A stretch of DNA of 62,768 nucleotides, filler included. It is 6 parts of 6 records of this genome, joined end to end, with 100 filler letters (N's around TTAATTAATTAA, not from the genome) between each part and the next. Parts side by side here need not be neighbours in the genome. Positions count along the whole stretch, not along the records: positions 25,939 to 42,603 come from SRR20825010_4196; 5 more parts are not named here. One strand, 5' to 3'. Below the pieces are notes generated by a model. The model worked only from the letters and a program-made list of their open reading frames with translations, made no database searches and was not told where the DNA came from. A program made the position numbers and the translations under genes. This document shows positions 28,741 to 36,949 of this stretch, one piece after another (position 1 is the first letter of the stretch; each line of letters starts with the position of its first letter).

Positions 28741-29943
28741 ATGTCGCGCGTTGATAATGCCACCGAGACCGCATTTGTGGCACCGACGACCCGCGACAAG
28801 AGCAAGGACGCGATTGTGGCTCCACAACCTCAACTGAATCACGGCACGTCGGTTCCGACGTTGACCCCGCTGTCGCCGCTGGACCAAATCCGTTTGGTCC
28901 GCGAAACGATGCTGCGAGAAGCCGAAGCCATTCAAAAGGCGGCCGCGATCGCATCCGCCGATGCCGCGGAAGCCGCCGCTTGGATCAGCCGCTGCGAAGG
29001 TTCGATCGTTTTGACCGGGGTCGGCAAAGCAGGTTTGATCGCTCAAAAGTTGGTCGCCACGTTGGCCAGCACCGGATCGCCGGCTCATTTTCTGCATCCG
29101 ATCGAGGCCGTTCACGGCGATCTCGGACGCGTTCAATCCAAAGACTTGGTCATCGCTTTTTCAAATTCCGGCCGCAGCGAAGAAGTTGTTCGCGTCGTCG
29201 AGTACTTGAAACACCAAGCTTGCGGCATCATCGCCGTGACCGCCGATCGAGAAAATCCGCTGGCCGAATTGGCGGATCACGTGGTCCCGATCGGTCGTCA
29301 TCGCGAAGCCTGTCCCGACGGATTGGCTCCCACCAGTTCGACGTCGGTGATGTTGGCCGTTGGAGACGCCATTGCCGTTTTGGCATCACGTTTGTGCGGA
29401 TTCACGCCCAACGACTTTGCTCGGTTCCATCCCGGTGGAGCACTGGGGAGAAAGCTGACCGATGTGCGGCAAGCCATGCGGCCGTTGACAGAATGCCGTC
29501 TCGCACCCCAAACGATTTCGATTCGCGAAGCGATGATGATCGGCGGCGCGGGCCGTCGAAGCGGTGCAATCTTGTTGCTCGATGAAAGCGAACGACTGGC
29601 CGGCATTTTCACCGACAGCGATCTGGCTCGGTTGCTGCAACACCGTCAAGAAACCAGCTTGGATGAACCGATCGAATTATTCATGACCAAGCAACCGATT
29701 TGCATCGCGGACGACGAGCGTTTGCCGCGAGCGGTCGAGATTCTATCGCAACGAAAGATCAGTGAATTGCCTGTCGTTGATTCCGATCATCGTCCCATCG
29801 GAATGATTGACATCACGGACTTGGTGGCAACCGGCGATGTTCGCCAGACAGTGTCATCCAGCCAAGGTTCCATCCAATCCAACCCAGACGACTCATCCGG
29901 TGAAGATGGGCCTCGTTGTATTCCCATCACCTCTGGAGACTGA
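28741..29943 (+). CDS. kdsD: Arabinose-5-phosphate isomerase, KpsF/GutQ family (SIS + CBS); start uncertain
   Basis: GVGKAGLIAQK..ATLASTG, HPIEAVHGDLG, SNSGRSEE, APTSST and FHPGGALG motifs; CBS pair. Confidence 0.92.
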   Translation: MSRVDNATETAFVAPTTRDKSKDAIVAPQPQLNHGTSVPTLTPLSPLDQIRLVRETMLREAEAIQKAAAIASADAAEAAAWISRCEGSIVLTGVGKAGLIAQKLVATLASTGSPAHFLHPIEAVHGDLGRVQSKDLVIAFSNSGRSEEVVRVVEYLKHQACGIIAVTADRENPLAELADHVVPIGRHREACPDGLAPTSSTSVMLAVGDAIAVLASRLCGFTPNDFARFHPGGALGRKLTDVRQAMRPLTECRLAPQTISIREAMMIGGAGRRSGAILLLDESERLAGIFTDSDLARLLQHRQETSLDEPIELFMTKQPICIADDERLPRAVEILSQRKISELPVVDSDHRPIGMIDITDLVATGDVRQTVSSSQGSIQSNPDDSSGEDGPRCIPITSGD

Positions 29944-29962
29944 TTTGTCCTCCCGCCATCCC

Positions 29963-30487
29963 ATGATTTCGGATCGTGACATCGCCGGCAAAATCAAATG
30001 CATTTTGACGGACGTCGATGGCGTCTTGAGTGACGGGAAACTGTACTACGACTCCACCGGCGCCGAGACGAAGACATTTCATGTTCGCGACGGGTATGGC
30101 ATCAAAGCCTGGATGAACGCGGGATTGCATTTTGGAATCATCACGGCCCGGCACAGCGATGCGTTGACTCGCCGAGCCAAGGAGTTGGGCATCGAGCATG
30201 TTGTGCAGAGCTCTGCCGACAAGTGGCAATCAGCGACCGACATGATGTCGGCGATGAAGGTCACCCCAGGCGAGGTTTGCTACATCGGCGACGACGTGCC
30301 GGATATCACGGTGATGTGCCGAGTTGGACTGGCTGCGGCCCCCGACGACGCGTCGATTGATGCACGCGAGGCAGCCCACTGGATCACGCGATTGCCAGGC
30401 GGATCGGGTGCGGTTCGCGAATTGATTGAACGCTTGATGCGTGCCGGGAAAAACTGGCCGACTCTTTCGAAAGAGCCTCCATGCTGA
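29963..30487 (+). CDS. kdsC: KDO-8-phosphate phosphatase (HAD)
   Basis: DVDGVLSDG, FHVRDGYGI, YIGDDVPD and GGSGAVRE motifs. Confidence 0.9.
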   Translation: MISDRDIAGKIKCILTDVDGVLSDGKLYYDSTGAETKTFHVRDGYGIKAWMNAGLHFGIITARHSDALTRRAKELGIEHVVQSSADKWQSATDMMSAMKVTPGEVCYIGDDVPDITVMCRVGLAAAPDDASIDAREAAHWITRLPGGSGAVRELIERLMRAGKNWPTLSKEPPC

Positions 30488-33400
30488 CGCAGTTGCGCGA
30501 CTATTTAGTCGGCCTGTGCATTTTGTCGGTGTCGGCCGGTCTCTATCAAGTCACTGTGGCAGCGTGGTTGACACCGCCCGAAATCGTCGCTGCGCCCGTT
30601 GCTCCACCAAAGGTCAGTACCGGTGATGCCAACCTGGACGATCTGTTCGCGGACACGGACTGGCAACGCGGGCCGACGATTCGTTTGAAAACCGACGACG
30701 GGATGTTGTTGTGCAAAGAATGCACGCAGGTCGACGGTCAAACATGGACATTGAAACCGATCACGATCGTGATCGGACGTGGTTTGAACGAAGACGGTTC
30801 CAAAGAACCCATTTTGATCTCCGCATCGGAAGGTGCGTCGATCAAGTTCGATGCACCGTTGGATGTAATGAGTGGTGAAGCCCCATCGATCGAACGCGGG
30901 CAACTGCGAGGCGACGTGGTGATCCAGCGATCGACCCAACCCACCACCAACGCGGTTGGACTCGACGCATCAGCCTATCAGGTGCGAGGAATCTTCGCCG
31001 AGCCGCCTGATCCGAAGGACACGACGAATTCCGTTCTGCATATTCGTACATCCAATGTCGGTATCGATCGTCGAACGATTTGGACGAACGATCCGATTCA
31101 CATGCAGGTTGGACGAGCCACCATGATCGGGCGAGTGCTGACGTTGCACTTGGCCGCTTCGGCATCTTCGGCGGGAAATTCCAGCGATGTGACCGACACG
31201 TTGGACCGGATGGAATTGGTCTACTTGCAAAAGCTTTCGCTGCCGCTGGATGACCCGAACGATCCATCGCAGGATGATCCCAAAGGCGTCGTCGAAGTCC
31301 GCTGCGGCAACATGATTCAGTACGATTTTGCCCTGGATCAGTTGAGTATGAATCAAGACGTGGAGCTGATGCGTTTGCCAGCCTCTGCGGCCGCTACCAC
31401 CAATCAAATCTCGCCGCCGCGGGAAGATTGGATCGATCGCTTTCGTTGTGATTCGTTGGTCATGACCCTTCGCGATCCGTTGAATTCCAAACTGCGTCGC
31501 GATGACGCGATGGACTGGATCGATCGCGTCGAAGCAACCGGATCGCCCGTCCAAATGGACATCCGGTCTCAGTCCTTCGGAATGACGGCCGGACGAATCT
31601 TGTTTGATCCGGTCGAAGGTTGGCTGATCGCGGACCCGGTCTCGGCCGCTGATGTCGCGGTAGCGATGCAGCCCAATAAAGCGTCGGCCAATGATCCCAA
31701 TCGAGACTATGTGCGATTGCAACGTGGTGATCTGGAGGCCTTCCTTTCGCAGATTCGCTACCGGTTCAATCCTGCCGAACCGAAACAACTGGGAACGATT
31801 ACCGTCGAAGGCAGTGGACGTGTCTTTCACCACGCTGCGGATTCCGCCATGCGATCATTCGCCTGGCAAGACGGTTTGCAAATTGAACCGCAGGGCATCG
31901 CGACTCCTGATCAGCTGCAGGTTGATTTTTCTGTTTGGTGTGAAGGGCAGTTGCACGCAATGTTGGCCGATGGCGGCTCTTTTTTGGCCGATCGTGTTGA
32001 AGGCATTTTGCGACCCGAGCCCAACAACAAACCCAAACGTATCGGCCGTTCCGACGAGTCCGATGGTTCGTTGAACCAGAAATGGTTGCCGGAAAGTCTG
32101 GCTGCGATCGGCAACGTTCAAATCAATTCGTCGACGTTGCAAGCACGCACGAACCGAATGCATCTTTTCTTTCAACATGAAAAAGAAGCTGCTCCAACAA
32201 AAGCGGGCCAGAGCGGTGACGACCCGATCCGAAATTGGGTGCGTCAGCCCAATGCGAGTGAGTCCGCGGTTGGCGAAAATCCAAACCCGACCGCGTCGCA
32301 GCCCGCAACGATTCGCGGTGATATGGTGGCCGCAACCTTGACGATGGGCGACGGAGAATTGACCGCGACCGACCTGAGTGTAACCGGCGGTGTGGAGGTC
32401 ACACATCCGATGAAAACCCGAGCTGCGAAAACCGCTGCATCGGGGCGTCCGAATCAAGTGCCCGCCATCATGTTGGCAACTTTGACTGGCGAAAAGCTGC
32501 GCTTTCGCGATGGTGGTGCTGGTGATGTGATGGAAGTGACCGGTACGAACAGCGTTCCAGCACGTCTTCAGATGGGCGACGGTTACTTCATCGGTCCTCA
32601 AATTCAAATTCGTCCGGAAGACAACTTTGTTTGGGTCAATGATGCGGGGCAATTTGTGTTGCCTTCGCATATGCTTCCGTCGCTTTCGGTCGCCTCACGC
32701 AATCCATCACAATCCACCGCACGTTGGTCCAGGCCACCGCGTTGTCGCTTTGGTGGTTCGATGACTTTCGACGGCAAAGTCGCGACGTTGGCGGGCGGAG
32801 TTGTGTTGGACACGGTCATCACGCAAAACGAATCGACCAATGAGATTCAAATGCGAGGCGATCAACTGAAGTGGACGCTGACTGATGCGATCCATTTGCG
32901 AACACCTGATAGCTTCAAGAAAACCGGCATCGCCGAAATTGCACTCGTGCAAACGGGATCGCAACCGGTGGAATTGACCGTGGACCAGTTCGCTCGCGAT
33001 GGTGTGCACGAATCGCGTCACCATTTGCAAACGTCTCGTTTGGCTTGGGTGCCGGGCGTCGAGCCAAACCCAGCGATTCAAAACGCGGCTGGTGCGGCTC
33101 CTGTTTCGACCAGCAATGGCGCATCGGGGATGATCATCGCACCGGGACCGGGTTCCTACCGAGCTTGGTTGCGGAACGCCAAAGGCGGCAATTTGTTGAC
33201 CACGAACTTGTCGGCTGGTTCGAATCCAAATGACCAGCGGTCGGCCGCATCGAATTCGCGATCGTCCGCTTGGAATCCAGAGATGATCGAGGACCAGAAC
33301 GCATCTGGAGCCGCCGGTGATGCTCAGGAGCCGACCATCATGGGAGTTCACCTGATCTTCCAGGAATCGATGCAAGGTGATTTGCTAGCCAAGACGCTGA

Positions 33401-33879
33401 CGTTCCGGCGAGGCGTTCGCGTCGCTCAGCAAACTCTTCCCGATTTCGAAACACGGATGGACGCCAGCCGAATGGATTTGTTGTCGGAAGGCGAATCCAC
33501 CATCGATTGTGACATGCTGAGAATGGCGATCGACCCCAGTGTGCCTTTCCGCCAACGCACCATGGGCGTGACCACCACCGCCTGGGAAATTGAAGCTTCT
33601 GGTGGCGTGTTGTTCCGGACTCGCACTGACAAATCGGCCGTTACCGTTACGGCCGACCGTTGCGGGTATGCCGCAGCGAAGGATCTCTTCACCGTGTTTG
33701 GCGCTCCGACGCGTCCTGCTCGATTGCTCCAGACAACGGCACTTGGCCAGCCGGGACTGAACCTAGAAGTCGGTCACGCGACAATTCGACTGAAAACGAT
33801 GGAGATCCTGTCGATGCCGACTTTCAAGGTGTTGCCGGGGGAAATCTCTTCGCTCAACAATCAACCGACGCAGCGATAG
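30481..33879 (+). CDS. Large membrane-anchored beta-rich protein; putative LptC-like domain fused to multiple LptA/OstA-like repeats
   Basis: One N-terminal TM. LptC-like segment LRGDVVI..LHIRTSNVGIDRRTIWTNDPIHM..MIGRVLTL. Recurring LptA-like segments (RFRCDSLVM..IDRVEATGSPV, AIGNVQI, VTGGVEV, LAGGVVL, IDCDMLRM..IEASGGVLF..TADRCGY). Overlaps the kdsC stop. Confidence 0.6.
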   Translation: MLTQLRDYLVGLCILSVSAGLYQVTVAAWLTPPEIVAAPVAPPKVSTGDANLDDLFADTDWQRGPTIRLKTDDGMLLCKECTQVDGQTWTLKPITIVIGRGLNEDGSKEPILISASEGASIKFDAPLDVMSGEAPSIERGQLRGDVVIQRSTQPTTNAVGLDASAYQVRGIFAEPPDPKDTTNSVLHIRTSNVGIDRRTIWTNDPIHMQVGRATMIGRVLTLHLAASASSAGNSSDVTDTLDRMELVYLQKLSLPLDDPNDPSQDDPKGVVEVRCGNMIQYDFALDQLSMNQDVELMRLPASAAATTNQISPPREDWIDRFRCDSLVMTLRDPLNSKLRRDDAMDWIDRVEATGSPVQMDIRSQSFGMTAGRILFDPVEGWLIADPVSAADVAVAMQPNKASANDPNRDYVRLQRGDLEAFLSQIRYRFNPAEPKQLGTITVEGSGRVFHHAADSAMRSFAWQDGLQIEPQGIATPDQLQVDFSVWCEGQLHAMLADGGSFLADRVEGILRPEPNNKPKRIGRSDESDGSLNQKWLPESLAAIGNVQINSSTLQARTNRMHLFFQHEKEAAPTKAGQSGDDPIRNWVRQPNASESAVGENPNPTASQPATIRGDMVAATLTMGDGELTATDLSVTGGVEVTHPMKTRAAKTAASGRPNQVPAIMLATLTGEKLRFRDGGAGDVMEVTGTNSVPARLQMGDGYFIGPQIQIRPEDNFVWVNDAGQFVLPSHMLPSLSVASRNPSQSTARWSRPPRCRFGGSMTFDGKVATLAGGVVLDTVITQNESTNEIQMRGDQLKWTLTDAIHLRTPDSFKKTGIAEIALVQTGSQPVELTVDQFARDGVHESRHHLQTSRLAWVPGVEPNPAIQNAAGAAPVSTSNGASGMIIAPGPGSYRAWLRNAKGGNLLTTNLSAGSNPNDQRSAASNSRSSAWNPEMIEDQNASGAAGDAQEPTIMGVHLIFQESMQGDLLAKTLTFRRGVRVAQQTLPDFETRMDASRMDLLSEGESTIDCDMLRMAIDPSVPFRQRTMGVTTTAWEIEASGGVLFRTRTDKSAVTVTADRCGYAAAKDLFTVFGAPTRPARLLQTTALGQPGLNLEVGHATIRLKTMEILSMPTFKVLPGEISSLNNQPTQR

Positions 33880-34063
33880 TCGCCGGATAAACGACACAAC
33901 TGGCACGAAGATTGCGTCGTTGACTGACATTCGCCGCAATCAATCGATTCGAGGATCGCTTGTCCGTCGCGGACGCGAATTGAACCGCAGAGTTGTAAAG
34001 TCGATTTTGAACGGGTCGATTCACCGCGTTCTCCGAGCCATCCCATCCGAGGGAAACGAAGTC

Positions 34064-34330
34064 ATGAGCCAATTGTTGGAAGCAACCCAAGCTGAGTGTC
34101 AGGTTAGTCGGACGTTGCAACGCATCGAAAGTGTGTTGTCAGAACACGAGGCATTGAGCCCTTATGCAAACGCCATCGATGTCTCTGTGTATGAGTCGAC
34201 CATCGTTCTGGAAGGCACCTTGCCAACGGCAGAGTTGCAGCAACAGTTGGTCCCCTCCATCCGCCAAGCCGGAGTGCTTTGGAGGATCAAGAACAACGTC
34301 GCCGTAGAAGCGACCGCAACAAAGGTTTAG
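34064..34330 (+). CDS. Small BON-domain-like protein
   Basis: Helix then IDVSV..TIVLEGTLPT..QQ....GVLWRIKNNVAV, which fits the BON pattern. ATG at 34064 follows GAGGGA. Confidence 0.6.
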   Translation: MSQLLEATQAECQVSRTLQRIESVLSEHEALSPYANAIDVSVYESTIVLEGTLPTAELQQQLVPSIRQAGVLWRIKNNVAVEATATKV

Positions 34331-34719
34331 TCGGTCGGACTTTGAGAGCCAAACAGCAATCTTCCAATGCATTCGCTGTTTTGGTGTTCGCCACAGTGAC
34401 GGCGCACACTTTGGGTGGGCAAAGAAAAGGGGAAGGGATCTTTTCGGGGTTGCCCTTGACCTAGTGATTGATGTTCAGGCACTCGCTGTTGATGGTGTTT
34501 TTTTGGCTGCGAATGGAAGCAGCCTTAGATTGCGAGGCATCTCGCGGTTAACAATCAGTCGGGTGTCGGACTTCCGAATATGAATAGACCCCCGTCCCCT
34601 TATCGATCGCCCGGCTGTCGTCGCTCCGCGACTGGTTGGTCTGGATGATGGAAAAGACAATGCAACAGCCGCGGAGTGGCGGCATCTGTCTTCACGCGAC
34701 CCGCCAAGCCGGTCCGACG

Positions 34720-36261
34720 CTACACCCAAAGGTCAGCGTCGAGGTTTCGGTAGCCGATGGCTTCGGCGAGGTGCTCTTCGCTGATGTCAGGATCTCCGGC
34801 GAGATCAGCAATCGTTCTTGCCACGCGTAAAATTTTGTCGTGGGCACGTGCGGACAGACCCAGTGACTCAACCCCGGCTTTAAGCAACGCTTTGCTGGCA
34901 GTGTTCAATTCACAATGTTGCCGCGTTTGGCGACTGCTCATTTGAGCGTTGTAACGAATCGGGCTTCCCGCGAAACGTTCGGCTTGCACGTCCCGGGCTC
35001 GCATGACTGAGTCACGCATCATCTCGCTGGTCTCACTCGATGCATCACGAGCCGACAATTCGTCAAACGGTACCGCGGGAACCTCGATGTGAATGTCAAC
35101 TCGATCTAGCAGCGGACCCGAAATCTTTCCCATGTACCGTTCGATCTGAGGCGGTGAGCAGTTACAGCTTCGTCGAGGATCTGACCTGTACCCACATGGG
35201 CAGGGGTTGGCTGCCGCTATGAGCATGAAGTCTGCGGGGAAGGTGGTGCTTCGGAGGGCTCGTGAGATGGTGACGACGCCGTCTTCGAGTGGTTGTCGCA
35301 TGACTTCGAGTGTCTTGCGGTTGAACTCCGGTAGTTCATCCAAGAACAAGATGCCGTTGTGAGCCTTGCTGATTTCACCCGGTGCTGGCGGACTGCCTCC
35401 ACCAACCAATCCCGCATCGCTGATCGTATGGTGAGGGCTGCGGAACGGCCGACGTGCCAACAGTGGTTGTTTGGCTGGAAGCTGCCCCACGGCGCTGTAG
35501 ATGCGAGTGGTCTCGATCGATTCGGCGGGTACAAGCGGAGGCAGGATCGTCGGCATGCGTTTGGCCAACATGGTTTTCCCGCTTCCCGGTGGGCCAATCA
35601 TCAGCAGATTGTGGCGGCCCGCTGCGGCGATCGTCATGGCTCGCTTGGCGGATTCTTGGCCTCGCACGTCAGCGAAGTCGACTTCGTATTCGCTGAAGGC
35701 CTCAAAGATCTCTTCGACGCCACTGGGCACCGGCGGCACGTCGATTTCACCGGCAAAGAACGCGACGCACTGAGATAGACTGTCGACTGCGATCACTTCG
35801 AGGTCTTCGACCACCGCGGCTTCGGCAGCCGATTCGGATGGCACGACCAAACCTTTCAATGATTTGTCCTTGGCCGCTTCGATCGCGATGGATAGAGCAC
35901 CTTTAACCGGACGGGTGATGCCCTCTAAAGCCAGTTCTCCGACAACGGCGTAGTCTTCCAAACGGTCGAGTACCAATTGGCCGCTCCCGGCGAGCACTCC
36001 CAACGCAACAGGCAAATCGAATGAGGGTGCTTGCTTCGGCAAATCGCCCGGTGCCAAATTGATGACCACACGATCTTGCGGCCGGATGAAGCCGCTGTTG
36101 ACGATCGCTCGTTCGACGCGGTGAGTCGATTCTTTGACAGCCGCTTCTGGCAGACCCACCAGGATCGTCTTGGGCATCGCGGCTGGAGAAATATCGACTT
36201 CGACGTCGACGGGCATCGCTTCGATACCGAGCAACGTGAATGTTTTGAGCCGTGCCAGCAT
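34720..36261 (-). CDS. comM: YifB/ComM Mg-chelatase-like AAA+ ATPase
   Basis: VINLAPGDLPK..FDLP, GPPGSGKT, PFRSPHHT, LFLDELPEF, NPCPCG, GPLLDRVD and RVARTIADL motifs. Confidence 0.93.
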   Translation of the reverse strand: MLARLKTFTLLGIEAMPVDVEVDISPAAMPKTILVGLPEAAVKESTHRVERAIVNSGFIRPQDRVVINLAPGDLPKQAPSFDLPVALGVLAGSGQLVLDRLEDYAVVGELALEGITRPVKGALSIAIEAAKDKSLKGLVVPSESAAEAAVVEDLEVIAVDSLSQCVAFFAGEIDVPPVPSGVEEIFEAFSEYEVDFADVRGQESAKRAMTIAAAGRHNLLMIGPPGSGKTMLAKRMPTILPPLVPAESIETTRIYSAVGQLPAKQPLLARRPFRSPHHTISDAGLVGGGSPPAPGEISKAHNGILFLDELPEFNRKTLEVMRQPLEDGVVTISRALRSTTFPADFMLIAAANPCPCGYRSDPRRSCNCSPPQIERYMGKISGPLLDRVDIHIEVPAVPFDELSARDASSETSEMMRDSVMRARDVQAERFAGSPIRYNAQMSSRQTRQHCELNTASKALLKAGVESLGLSARAHDKILRVARTIADLAGDPDISEEHLAEAIGYRNLDADLWV

Positions 36262-36381
36262 CGATTTTGTGCCCTAGCGGAGACCATTTTCCAAGTCACC
36301 GATAATGACGGTGACGTGTACACAAAGCAACCAGGGACGCGATTCTCGCGGTCTGTTGTCGTTCGCTGGGCTGGCCGTCGA

Positions 36382-36792
36382 CTACCGTTGGTTGGCGGCG
36401 TCCGCCGCTTCGCGGGCTGCACTGATCGCTGGCAGAAGCAAGCCGATTAGCACCACGAAGGTCAACAATCCAAACACGATTCCAAGAATGAGTTTTAGCT
36501 TGGCCGATTGAAAACGTTTGGGAAGGCTTCCGGTGGGGGCGTTTGGCTCAGTGAGAAACGGGTGCTGTTTTGCAAGCGATCGCCACTGCAATAAACGGAT
36601 CAGATACCAAGGACAAATGATGATTAGACCGATGCCGCTGCAAAAGAAACACAAGATGATGGCCAGCCAAAACTGACGGGCGTCTTTGATGATCGCTTCC
36701 GTCTTTTTGACAACCTCAGGACTGAGACCTCCAGGACCAACGTTGGAAGCGGAGTTAATTACGTCGCCAGCAGCGTACGGGTTATCGGACAT
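36382..36792 (-). CDS. Hypothetical membrane protein with planctomycete-type N-terminal NPY motif
   Basis: MSDNPYAA start and two to three hydrophobic segments. Confidence 0.65.
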   Translation of the reverse strand: MSDNPYAAGDVINSASNVGPGGLSPEVVKKTEAIIKDARQFWLAIILCFFCSGIGLIIICPWYLIRLLQWRSLAKQHPFLTEPNAPTGSLPKRFQSAKLKLILGIVFGLLTFVVLIGLLLPAISAAREAADAANQR

Positions 36793-36949
36793 GAGGGGCC
36801 ATCGTTCGGGAGTGAAAACAGGCTGCATCAAACGACGTGATTGCAACTCAGGCCCGAGAGTGTACCCAAGGTTGAGCACGCAGTGCGTCTTGGGCGGTAA
36901 TAGATGGTTTGCTTCGTTGTCCGTGCGCCCAATCAGTCCGCACGTTCAA

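Noticed and set aside
34331-34719. Possible ncRNA in the gap between the BON-like gene and comM
   Set aside because: Only weak imperfect hairpins; no riboswitch or RNA family motif that I could recognise.
34720-36261. Mg-chelatase implying (bacterio)chlorophyll synthesis
   Set aside because: Architecture and motifs are those of YifB/ComM, and no photosynthesis genes are present.
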